IMG/VR virus record: IMGVR_UViG_3300035498_000319
Coordinates: 1 to 64,000 of that record
Length of the DNA stretch: 64,000 nucleotides
Strand: one strand, 5' to 3'
Origin: a virus
Lineage: Duplodnaviria; Caudoviricetes
Shown: piece after piece, positions 30,751 to 40,150 of the stretch
Layout of the letters: the number at the start of each line of letters is the position of its first letter
Numbering within the stretch: the stretch's first letter is position 1
Notes under the pieces: generated by a model
The model's input: only the letters and a program-made list of their open reading frames with translations
Database searches by the model: none
What the model was told of the DNA's origin: nothing
Translations under genes and position numbers: made by a program

Positions 30751-31530
30751 ATGAAGATGACGTTCAGACAGTATATCGAAAATCCTTTAGGAAAGAAAAA
30801 CGCGGTTTTCTCTCAACGGGATATGTACAAAGATTTGTATACTAAGAAATATGGGGCTGTTCTTCTTAGGGAGAATGGTACCTTTGTCACCGAATTGTAC
30901 TATGATAAAAAGACAGATTGTTACTATTGCTATATGAAAATCCCTTCAGAAGTAGTAGAGAAATTCTACTATGATGTAGTGATAGAGTTCTACCCAATAG
31001 ATGCTACCAATGCAACAGCAAACGATCTGACGAATTATGGTGCTAGGTTCTGGTCTAATGATCCGGCCTTTGTATTTACTTATCAATACGTATTTTCCAA
31101 GAACGAACTATTCATCGACCAATTTAAAGCTAAGTCTTCTAAGATTGCTTTAAAGCAAAAACCTGATGAAAGAAATCCTTATGGGATTCCTGGATATGTG
31201 AAATCTCTTTATTTCTGTTATCTTCATATGAAGTCTAGAAGTTTGTTTAATAAGGTTTATTGGAGGCAGAACGCAAGGCCTTATAATCAATTATTGCTTC
31301 TAAACAAATTGGAGAAAGCAGATAAGAAGATTGCAGATAGACAGCGGTTAGGAGCGGAGGTGGCTAAAAAGAAGAGGAAAGAGCAATCTAAATCCTCGAC
31401 TAAACCTGCTGTCCAAAAGCCTATTCCGAAGGCTGGTAGTATAGTCAACGTAGTTAAGCCTAAGTCTCCTATCAAGGGAAAGACTAGTACAAATAAGAAT
31501 ACAAATGTGAGGGTGATAAATAAAAAATAA
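30751..31530 (+). CDS. Late hypothetical protein with basic C-terminal tail
   Basis: 259 aa, late promoter 30704-30715. Confidence 0.6.
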   Translation: MKMTFRQYIENPLGKKNAVFSQRDMYKDLYTKKYGAVLLRENGTFVTELYYDKKTDCYYCYMKIPSEVVEKFYYDVVIEFYPIDATNATANDLTNYGARFWSNDPAFVFTYQYVFSKNELFIDQFKAKSSKIALKQKPDERNPYGIPGYVKSLYFCYLHMKSRSLFNKVYWRQNARPYNQLLLLNKLEKADKKIADRQRLGAEVAKKKRKEQSKSSTKPAVQKPIPKAGSIVNVVKPKSPIKGKTSTNKNTNVRVINKK

Positions 31531-31572
31531 TTATATATTATCTTAGTGAATACCGACAAGGAGGAATTCGTA

Positions 31573-33964
31573 ATGAAAGAAGAAAAACGAGAACTGATAG
31601 ACCCTTTAGAGTTTTACGAACATGAAGAGTTTATACCAGTGGACGAGTGGACTCCTACCAAGGAGGAAATGATATTCACAACTACGAAAGGTGCTATTAT
31701 AGCTGATGTCTCTGGCTACTTTGGAGACAGTCATCAAAGCGCTAGTAATACCTTTGTAATGAGTCCAAAGCGGTCTTATAATTCCGTAGCTATGCGAGAG
31801 CATATCACTTTATATCTGAATTACTTTGAGAGATTCTATGATAGAGATCATCAGCTTTTCTCAACCTATTGCAGAATAAAGTATATGATCGATCATGAGG
31901 AAGGATATACGAAGAGTATGTTCTTCTTTGATCTAATGAAGTATATCATACGTGGTCCGATAGAGATGAAGACCATGAATATGAATGCTGCTAATTATTG
32001 CCTTAGCTTGAATTATAAGTCCCGTACTAGTTCTTCTCTTCAGTATAATGATGAACATGCTATGCTGATGATGAAGATCTCGGTACAAATAAATCAAATC
32101 ATTCCTCTTCTATGTCATTTCATGTATTCCAGAAAAATACAGAATACGTCTGACTTTTTGTTTGAAATATATGATAAGGTCATAGATGGGTATGATATAG
32201 ATATCTATTCTAAATTGTATGAGACAGCGTATTCCAATGTAATAAGATCCGTCAAGCAGAATCCTATTATATGGGGTAAGCAATCTATTAGAGGTAATGA
32301 CCCTATAACTCATGCAATGCAGTCAGTTCAGAATATCCTGATAAATATTATATGCAAATATGTGTATAATGGGAATTTAATACACCTTGAATTCAGGGCA
32401 GCATAATAGCAATATTATGACTGAATTCTCCTTAATTGCTGGGAACTCTCTGAGGAGACAATCAGCAGCTAAGCAATATTATATAAAGAAAGGAAGTGAT
32501 ATTGAAAGTTCAACGACTATCGAAAGGATATCTTAGAAGAAATATCTAAGAGAATAACCGAGTAGAGTAGGATAATAAATCCGAAATGGGAGACATCCCT
32601 AGTATGGTAAAAGTATTAGGGATGAAGATATAGTCTAGTCTCCATAGCGATATGGGGTAGTTACGAAATTATAATTCCGTTATCAGGAACACCGGATATC
32701 AAATCACCAATATCGAATACGAATATGCTTTTGTTGCTCTTAGTAGTAGCAAGAGAGACGAGGATTAAGTTACTACGAATATAACACTAATTTATTCGAG
32801 TAGATTCAGTCCCCTTGATATGGAAACATAACAAGGAAAAACCATTTGAATTGCTGGGAAGCCGTAAAGCCTTTATGCCACAACGGAGCGATTTTTATGC
32901 ATACGTGAAGGAGATGAAAATCTGAAAGAAGTTAAAGGATGCTATATGGGGAAACTCTAAGTAGTAATCAGTAATCGGTAATCAGCAGCTAAGCACAGTG
33001 CTGTGCGAATCGGAAGTTGAATATATTGGATATCTTTAGGACCAGATAGGTGCAAGACCTATATCCAATACCATAATGATTTTAAAATGTAAGCAAAAGA
33101 TCCTTATGTAAGTTATAAACCTAATAGACCGGTATAATTACCGGAGGAAGGAGCAAGCGCGCACAAGCACAGACGAAAGTTCAACGACTATCGAAATCTT
33201 ATTGTATCGCTCACTGAGTTAAAGATATAGTAAAGAGAGTAGAGTAGGGTAGTTCAATACTGTAGAGCTATCCGAAGTGGATGGGGCCCTAACGGAGAAT
33301 GCCGAGGGTTATGATATAGTCTATTGTCTGTAGAAATACAGAATGTAAAAAGATGAATTCTGAATTCGATAAATTTGAGTCTTATATTACTAAAGCAGAT
33401 GCTGCTCTAGCAATGCAGAATCAAATAGGTGCTGATGAAGCAATGAAACTAATCAGACAAAGATTTGGACCCTTCGATCCAGAAGAGATAAGATTCTTTA
33501 AGAGAAGACTCTCTGATGAGACTGGAAGGGTTAAGATTAATAGTCTACAGAAGATGCTTGTATTCAATCTATTCTATAAGTATTTTCTGGATACGCAGGC
33601 TGTTAATTGTATCAATCTGGATGATTATATCACTCTTATACTTGCGGCTAGAAAGATTCTAGAAGAGAATGGCATGTATCTACTTGCTGCTATAACCTCT
33701 TCTAAAGTTGTAAGAATGGCTACAAGAAAGAATGTGAATAAGAAAGAACTAACTAAACTAGAAGGCAGTGAAGTCTATACTTCTATTAGAGAGAAGTATA
33801 GAAATGATAAAATAGAAAAACAAATTCTAGGAATCATTGCGGCTGTCTTAAGTTCCGACTTCGAGTATATCAATTTCCATGATAAAGAAATCGATGGAAG
33901 AAGTATAAATGTCACGGCTGAAATTGCTTCAGAGGAAATTCTTATGTATGTGAATATGATATGA
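31573..33964 (+). CDS. Sigma-like promoter-specificity subunit of non-virion RNAP (AR9 gp226/phiKZ gp68-like); exons 31573-32387, 32666-32765, 33353-33964; 508 aa
   Basis: Spliced frame continuous (LIHL/NYNSV...KRDED/MNSEFDKFE); KRSY, IIPLLCHF, SKLY, IIW, INSLQ, SEEIL match my recollection of gp226; early promoter 31532-31541. Confidence 0.75.
32388..32665 (+). ncRNA. Group I intron 1 (ORF-less, 278 nt)
   Basis: AATTGCTGGGAA (P), AATCAGCAG (Q), GTTCAACGACTA (R), GATATAGTCT (S); P1 U32387-G32396; terminal G. Confidence 0.9.
32766..33352 (+). ncRNA. Group I intron 2 (ORF-less, 587 nt, large P5 and P6 extensions)
   Basis: Same P/Q/R/S elements; P1 GGAT|T with AGTCC; P10 GATTCA with exon TGAATT; terminal G33352. 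Confidence 0.9.
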
Positions 33965-34049
33965 TTAGACACGTACATAAGAATTATATAGATAAAAATG
34001 GACAGTTTACAATCTGTCCATTTTTATTTTTTTAACTATAATATTAAAG

Positions 34050-34333
34050 ATATGCGGATATATAGTAAGACTCCTATAAAGTTATTTATCGGTGGGAGCA
34101 TTGAATTCTGCGAATATATCTTTACCACCCGACTCCCGTAGTCAAACTACATTCAAACAAGTCACTCTCAAGTCACATTTTTAAATGGTGGAAAGATTAA
34201 CGCACTTTCCATCCATGCACCGAAAAACAGGGTATCATATTTAACCAGAAAAACTCCAAAATTCTTGAATCAATTTTCTCTCTGTCTACTGCGTATTTAT
34301 CGGCCCATGCATTTGGGCCGATAAATTCTTTTT
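34050..34333 (+). ncRNA. Putative structured ncRNA (~280 nt)
   Basis: No ORF; ends pair (ATATGCGG/CTGCGTAT), internal hairpins, strong terminator ~34288-34333. Confidence 0.5.
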
Positions 34334-34405
34334 AATCATATATTATAGTAATGCCTTAGATATATATTATAACCAAAACAGACAAATAAACGGAGGCGAT
34401 TAATT

Positions 34406-34834
34406 ATGATTAATATATTTAAGAATAGAATTAAAATTGGAGCAAGTTATATACTAGATAAGAATAATTCTCTTAAGCTGTATGAATATGATCCCGTAGT
34501 GGTAAGAGTAGTAAAACGAACCGGCTTTAATAAATATAGAGTTATTCCTGTAGCTCCTGTATTATTACCGGCAGAAAGTGAAGACTCTTATTCCTTAAGG
34601 CATTTGGATGTGAAAAGAGAATTACTAACTAGAATAGATGATTCTAATAAGACTATAGTAGTTAGATTTCCGTCTAATATGCCTGTATTTAGCGATGTAG
34701 ATATAATAAAGCTAGATGGCATCGTCAAGTCTACTGAAATGGGATTTGCATTAAATAAATCTCAGATAACCGATTTATCTAAGATTGCTTGTAAGATCGC
34801 TTTAGCCCATAGAATTGCTAATATAGAGGTGTAA
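34406..34834 (+). CDS. Early hypothetical protein
   Basis: 142 aa, GGAGG RBS, tandem early promoter motifs 34338-34370. Confidence 0.6.
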   Translation: MINIFKNRIKIGASYILDKNNSLKLYEYDPVVVRVVKRTGFNKYRVIPVAPVLLPAESEDSYSLRHLDVKRELLTRIDDSNKTIVVRFPSNMPVFSDVDIIKLDGIVKSTEMGFALNKSQITDLSKIACKIALAHRIANIEV

Positions 34835-34839
34835 GTAGT

Positions 34840-35109
34840 ATGGAAGAGTTAAGAGATCCTATAGTATTTAAAGATCCGGAATCTAAGTTGGAGAATTATA
34901 TCTCTATGAGATTATTGCGTATGGATTTATTAAATCTAAGAAAGTCAGAGAAATTAAGTCAGAAAGATGTATCTTATAAATCCGGTTTATCTATGTCTTG
35001 TATATCTGGTATTGAAAATGATGGATCTGTAAGTCCTTATTTGAAATCCGTTATTAAGTATATAGACGCTTTAGGATATGAGATATGTCTCAGAAAGAAA
35101 GAAGTATAG
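34840..35109 (+). CDS. XRE-family helix-turn-helix protein
   Basis: LRK...LSQKDVS..SGLS..CISGIEN...P.LKSV. Confidence 0.85.
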   Translation: MEELRDPIVFKDPESKLENYISMRLLRMDLLNLRKSEKLSQKDVSYKSGLSMSCISGIENDGSVSPYLKSVIKYIDALGYEICLRKKEV

Positions 35110-36166
35110 AAGAATGAATAATAGGAATGAAAGTACTGAAGCATTTGAAGCTTTAAAAGCATACTTGATTAAGAATGAAAATGCTATTATAGCTTCAGGA
35201 GGAAGAGAAGTAGTTAAGAGATGCCACTTCTGTGGTGACTCTAGAGATCTATCATCTCGCCATTTATATATTGGCTTAAAAGATGATGGAAGTATAAAGT
35301 ATAATTGTTTTAAGTGCCAATCGCATGGAACTGTCGATGGAGAATTTCTAAGAAATATTGGATGCTATGATGGAGATTTAATCAGAAAGATCATAGAATC
35401 ATCCTCTAAATGTACTTCTAGACAATATATCGATAAAACGCGAATTCATAAAATAGCCAATCCTATACTAACGTATAGAGATGCTCCTGAGACGTATAAA
35501 AAACTTGAAAGTATCAATAAGCGTTTAGGAGTATCTCTATCTTTAAATGATATTACTAATCTGAGAATAGTATTAAATCTATATGATTATCTAAATGCAA
35601 ATCATATAGGGATTACTAGAGCAAAAGATGTAGCAGATCAATTAGATATGTTCTTCTTAGGATTCTTATCCGTTGGCTTCGATATGATTATTATGAGACG
35701 CTTAGTACCAGAAGGAAAGTTATATTCTGGCATAGATACTCGATATGTCAACTATAATATTTATAATAGTAGATCGGTGAATAAGTTCTATTTTATCCCT
35801 ACTAAAGTAGATACTTTATATCCTATAGAAGTTCATATAGCGGAAGGCCCATTCGATATTCTAGGAGTATATCTAAATACGAATGCTAATAAAGTCAATT
35901 CTATATTTGCATCTGCTGGAGGAAAAGATTATGCAAGTTTGATTAATTTCATTATCATGAGTTCTCAGATTATGAATTTCGATCTCCATATTTATGCAGA
36001 TAATGACAACTCTGACAATATATTAATAAAGAATATACAGAGAGTTAGACCATTCTGTAGAAGCGTGATCATACACAGAAATGTGTATGAAGGACAAAAG
36101 GATTATGGAGTCTCAAGAGATCTAATTATAGATCGGGCCTATAATCCAAACAGTATTAATTATTAG
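35078..36166 (+). CDS. DNA primase (T4 gp61-like; likely start 35114)
   Basis: CHFCGD...NCFKC zinc-binding domain, EGPFD and ADND TOPRIM motifs, KD motif. Confidence 0.85.
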   Translation: MRYVSERKKYRRMNNRNESTEAFEALKAYLIKNENAIIASGGREVVKRCHFCGDSRDLSSRHLYIGLKDDGSIKYNCFKCQSHGTVDGEFLRNIGCYDGDLIRKIIESSSKCTSRQYIDKTRIHKIANPILTYRDAPETYKKLESINKRLGVSLSLNDITNLRIVLNLYDYLNANHIGITRAKDVADQLDMFFLGFLSVGFDMIIMRRLVPEGKLYSGIDTRYVNYNIYNSRSVNKFYFIPTKVDTLYPIEVHIAEGPFDILGVYLNTNANKVNSIFASAGGKDYASLINFIIMSSQIMNFDLHIYADNDNSDNILIKNIQRVRPFCRSVIIHRNVYEGQKDYGVSRDLIIDRAYNPNSINY

Positions 36167-36180
36167 AGGAGGAAATCATA

Positions 36181-36609
36181 ATGAGAACCACAGACGAGCA
36201 ATGCACCTTCACTATGAGAAAAACTAGACCAGCAAATAGAGTTAGATCGTTTCCTTTTCTTAACGATATTAACTATAGGTCCATGTATGTAAGCGAAGCT
36301 TTAAAGTATTCAGGAATGGATACTTTACATATAATCAAAACTCTATATTACACCTCTAAGATTTATCTAATTCCTTTACTGATTAAATGCTCAGTAAATG
36401 GGACTATCAATAGTGATAAACTACGTAAGTATAAGAGTGGTAAATATAGGATGCCTACAGAGCTTACATACTATGACTATGAACTAAATGGAAAAGGATA
36501 TAGATTAGATTTTAGATATGACTGGCTATATAAAGATAATAAAGAAGAGGTCAGATACGACTATAAGAAGGATAATATCCGATCCTTCTTGCAAAAAAGA
36601 GAGAGCTAA
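36181..36609 (+). CDS. Hypothetical protein
   Basis: 142 aa, GGAGG RBS. Confidence 0.55.
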   Translation: MRTTDEQCTFTMRKTRPANRVRSFPFLNDINYRSMYVSEALKYSGMDTLHIIKTLYYTSKIYLIPLLIKCSVNGTINSDKLRKYKSGKYRMPTELTYYDYELNGKGYRLDFRYDWLYKDNKEEVRYDYKKDNIRSFLQKRES

Positions 36610-36632
36610 CTAAAGCTCTCTCTTTTTTATAT

Positions 36633-37106
36633 TTATCTTCTTCTCTTCTTTTTTCTGCGTATTACATTGTTAGCAGTTTGATTTGTAGCATTGGTAGTTT
36701 CTTCCACAGTCTCCTCTTCTTCATCCTCAGTCTCTTCCTCTTCTTCTTCGGAAGATTCCTCTTCGGTGACTTCAGGCTCAGTGGAAATTTCCTCTTCTAC
36801 TGTCTCTTCTTGAATTGCCTGGGTTTCTACGACAGTAGAAGTGGACTCTTGAACTACAGGATTCTTTGCAGCTTCTCTAGCAAGTCTGGTCTGAAGATCA
36901 GCTTCAAAATCATATCTGAAGTTATTAGTGTTCAGACGTACAGTGGAACCATCAGAGAGCACTTCGTCTACAATAGCTCCTCTACAGAGACACTTAAGAA
37001 TATTTCCGAGATTCATCTTAATCTTAGTATGTACCCCATAGATAGGAGGCTGAACATTCTTTACAGGAATATTAGCCTTAATATTTACAGTCTTAATTAC
37101 AGCCAT
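36633..37106 (-). CDS. Late protein with Glu-rich tail and basic C-terminus
   Basis: 157 aa, GAGGAG RBS. Confidence 0.6.
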   Translation of the reverse strand: MAVIKTVNIKANIPVKNVQPPIYGVHTKIKMNLGNILKCLCRGAIVDEVLSDGSTVRLNTNNFRYDFEADLQTRLAREAAKNPVVQESTSTVVETQAIQEETVEEEISTEPEVTEEESSEEEEEETEDEEEETVEETTNATNQTANNVIRRKKKRRR

Positions 37107-37108
37107 AT

Positions 37109-37249
37109 TTAAATCTCCTCCATAGTAGAGCTATAGTCATCGTCTTCTCTATCGAGAACATCTACAAATTCATAGTCTTCATCGCCAACTACTTCTTGAA
37201 ACATATTTAGCTTCAGGTCTTCATGAAACAGTCTTTCAACGTCATTCAT
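37109..37249 (-). CDS. 46-aa acidic peptide not in the ORF track
   Basis: AAGGAGG RBS, late promoter 37273-37284; MNDVERLFHEDLK... Confidence 0.55.
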   Translation of the reverse strand: MNDVERLFHEDLKLNMFQEVVGDEDYEFVDVLDREDDDYSSTMEEI

Positions 37250-37275
37250 AATAGATTCCTCCTTAATAAAGTTAT

Positions 37276-38505
37276 TTAGTTGTTTTCGGATGTCGTGCTT
37301 AACACATTATTTTTTAGATAGGAACTCAGAATAAAGATATATATAGGAATCAGATAGAAAGCTGATTGCTCATCTGCTATATCTAAATCATGAACGCAAT
37401 CTGCAACAAACTGAGTCATATAATCTTCATCATCATTCATATAAGAAATCAGCACATTATATATCTTTTTAGAACTATTATCATCAAATAGCTCATTATC
37501 TAGAATGTGTTGAATAACTTCTTCATCTAGTACAGTGAATCTAGTCTTAAGAGTATCTTTATCATTATACTTAATCTGGTAATAGTCTTGCAGTCTATTT
37601 ACGAATAGAGAGTTAGCATCAGTAATCAAATCTGCTGTGGCAAATACAAGATTACCAAAGCATTTCAAGTCATGACTTTCTATAGCATATAAGAAAGACT
37701 TAGAGTACTCATAACCGAAGAAAGGACTTACATATGTCTGATGTCCTACATACATATATTTATCTCCATATGACATAAGACTATTTCTTCTAATGAACTC
37801 TATTAGATATGGATCATAGAAGTTCCATGTATCTCTAAACTTAAATACAAAAGTTTGTACTCTTGAATCATAGAATAGAGAATTATAATAGTTTACAAGA
37901 GATTCTTGTAGTTCTTCTATAGAAGTAGCTAAATTATATTCTTCATCTGAAATGAGACAGTTAAATTCTGTCCCTACATATTCTACAATGAATTTATATG
38001 TAGCTACTACTTGGTCTTTAATCTTCTCACTATTATCCACCAATTCAAGATGGAATTCTATCTTATAGATATTGGCTCCAGTATCCAATGTATCTGGAGA
38101 TACAGAGTCTACTTTGAATAATAGATCTTCTTTAATATAATTTATAGAAAAGAAGTCTCCTGGCAATGGCTCTATTGTATTAGGAAGAATAGTGCAATCT
38201 CCAGAAATAGCATTAGCCTCTACTCCATTATCTCCAACATCATATTCTACTGTAATATCAGGAAGTCCATAGAGAAGGAACTCGTTGATTTGATTAAATT
38301 TAATAGCAGACTGATCTGATACATGAGCATACTGCATATGAGACGCCCTATCAAGAGTAGTCTTCTTTATATTTTGCTTATAATAGGTTACAGGTGTAGG
38401 TTTCTTATCCGAGAATAAATAATACGGGTTATTCAATTTACTCTTACTACTCTCTACGAGACTATTAAGAGTATTGAGGTATGATGTATTTGTAAAACTA
38501 CCCAT
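37276..38505 (-). CDS. Virion structural protein, possibly neck/head-tail
   Basis: 409 aa; ILPNTIEPLPGDFF...FKV motif typical of jumbo neck-like proteins. Confidence 0.45.
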   Translation of the reverse strand: MGSFTNTSYLNTLNSLVESSKSKLNNPYYLFSDKKPTPVTYYKQNIKKTTLDRASHMQYAHVSDQSAIKFNQINEFLLYGLPDITVEYDVGDNGVEANAISGDCTILPNTIEPLPGDFFSINYIKEDLLFKVDSVSPDTLDTGANIYKIEFHLELVDNSEKIKDQVVATYKFIVEYVGTEFNCLISDEEYNLATSIEELQESLVNYYNSLFYDSRVQTFVFKFRDTWNFYDPYLIEFIRRNSLMSYGDKYMYVGHQTYVSPFFGYEYSKSFLYAIESHDLKCFGNLVFATADLITDANSLFVNRLQDYYQIKYNDKDTLKTRFTVLDEEVIQHILDNELFDDNSSKKIYNVLISYMNDDEDYMTQFVADCVHDLDIADEQSAFYLIPIYIFILSSYLKNNVLSTTSENN

Positions 38506-38597
38506 AGTTCTATAACCTCCTTTACACTTAATTATAAGTTGTCTATGCCAAAATGAGTGGTTTTGTATTAATCTAAGAAGTATATAAACATATATTT

Positions 38598-38688
38598 AAT
38601 CCATACCTCCTATGGATGACGGTTTTCTTTCTTGTGTTTCCTAAGATATAATTACAGAGTGGTTTTATACCACTCTGTAATCTCTTTT
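38598..38688 (+). ncRNA. Putative ~90-nt late sRNA with CCUCC hairpin loop
   Basis: AACA-TATATT-TA at 38587-38598, 7-bp stem with loop CCTCC, terminator 38651-38688. Confidence 0.55.
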
Positions 38689-40046
38689 TAATATGCATAT
38701 CTCTTATAATTCTCTTTTGCTCTCTCAACATTCTTATCATATTCATCTTCCATACCATGAGAAAAGATATCTCGAATATCGCCATTAAATACTTTAAGAA
38801 AAGCTCTGTCCAATCCATTGGAGAAGAAGAATCCGTCATCTTCAAGTTTTACATAGGCATCAAGCAATTCTCCGATTGCTTTAAGTTCTTTATTAAGTTC
38901 TTTTTTCATCTCTGGATTCAAATTTCCCTTTTGTAATTCTCTTTGGATATAATCGTACTGTTTCTTAATTCTAGTACAAGCATTCGGATGAGGTTCAAAT
39001 ATATTTATAATAATCTTAGAAGGAATCATCAAAAGATCAAAATAATTTCCGACAAAAGACCCTCCGTCTCGGTAGAGCTGTACTCCTATGTGTCCTCCTG
39101 AGTTGTGCTTCAACTTATATAGAATAGATGCTAATTCAATCCCATAGCCGAAAGAAGTTACAAACATATCGGAACTTGCTTCTTCTCTATATCCGATAGG
39201 CATAAAAACAACATTTATCAGATTATTAAGGTTAAGCTTACTTGCAACTTGAGAAGGAATGGAAGCGATTACAGAAGTTGGATTAATTAATGCTAAAAAA
39301 TTAGTTATAATAATCTGACCCTGTAAAAATGCTCCGATTACTACCTTGACAAAATTCGATATACAAGAGAATGCATCTACAAAGAAAGATAAATTCTTTT
39401 CAATCGAATTCTTAATATCAATATAGAAATTTCTATAAAAACCGGTCTGAGGCAAAAGGAGTGCAGGGGTTAAACAAAGCATAAGTATCTGTCTAATTCT
39501 GGCTAGTACCATACCGGATTGAGTTGTTGCACTAAAGAAATTACGGCCAACTTCATGCAGCAATAGAGCTGTTACTTCAGCATCTGTATAATCTGGATAG
39601 AAGAATAACCCCTTAGTCACATAGACATACAGCATTACGTTTGCGTCTCTAGTATATCGGATTCCTTTACCGTTTTTAGAAATCATATACTTTTGCATAT
39701 CTTTAAAATTTGTAACATGATTTGAAATAGGATATGAGAAAATGTTATGATCTCCGCGCATATCCATATCAAAGCTACAAGATGTAAAACCGAAGGCATC
39801 ACAAAGCGCTTGTTCTATATCTCTTGCTTCCTGCGAAGCAACGAATCTATGAGGCTTAGTCATATACGCTTTTCTGGCAGCCCCGATACATCTTTCGATG
39901 TTCTTCACTTCAGGAGTCTTACCATAATAAGCCTCGTTAATCATGGTAAGAATCTTTTGTTCCATAATAGCAGCTTCATTAATTTCCATAAAAGGATCTG
40001 GGCCAGAAGTTTTACTTTCAGCCAGACCCATCATTTCTAAATACAT
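38688..40046 (-). CDS. M48-like zinc metallopeptidase homologue with degenerate HEVGR motif
   Basis: ALLLHEVGRNF, TM-like segments, EASSDMF..FGYG, EPHPN..RI. Confidence 0.65.
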   Translation of the reverse strand: MYLEMMGLAESKTSGPDPFMEINEAAIMEQKILTMINEAYYGKTPEVKNIERCIGAARKAYMTKPHRFVASQEARDIEQALCDAFGFTSCSFDMDMRGDHNIFSYPISNHVTNFKDMQKYMISKNGKGIRYTRDANVMLYVYVTKGLFFYPDYTDAEVTALLLHEVGRNFFSATTQSGMVLARIRQILMLCLTPALLLPQTGFYRNFYIDIKNSIEKNLSFFVDAFSCISNFVKVVIGAFLQGQIIITNFLALINPTSVIASIPSQVASKLNLNNLINVVFMPIGYREEASSDMFVTSFGYGIELASILYKLKHNSGGHIGVQLYRDGGSFVGNYFDLLMIPSKIIINIFEPHPNACTRIKKQYDYIQRELQKGNLNPEMKKELNKELKAIGELLDAYVKLEDDGFFFSNGLDRAFLKVFNGDIRDIFSHGMEDEYDKNVERAKENYKRYAY

Positions 40047-40150
40047 TATAATGCCTCCTTATAAGTAAAGTCATTATTAATATGTGAAATATCGTTAAGT
40101 TACTAAAGCCTTAACCAGATAATAATTTACTTTAAAAGGAGGAAACTACA

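Noticed and set aside
33025-33073. Functional tRNA or tmRNA gene
   Set aside because: No anticodon arm, no G3.U70 alanine identity and no tag ORF; kept only as a tRNA-like element.
33003-33170. Intact group II intron starting at GTGCG
   Set aside because: No domain V/VI motif and far too short; at most a relic.
32388-33352. Homing endonuclease or maturase ORFs inside the introns
   Set aside because: No ORF of useful length in any of the three introns.
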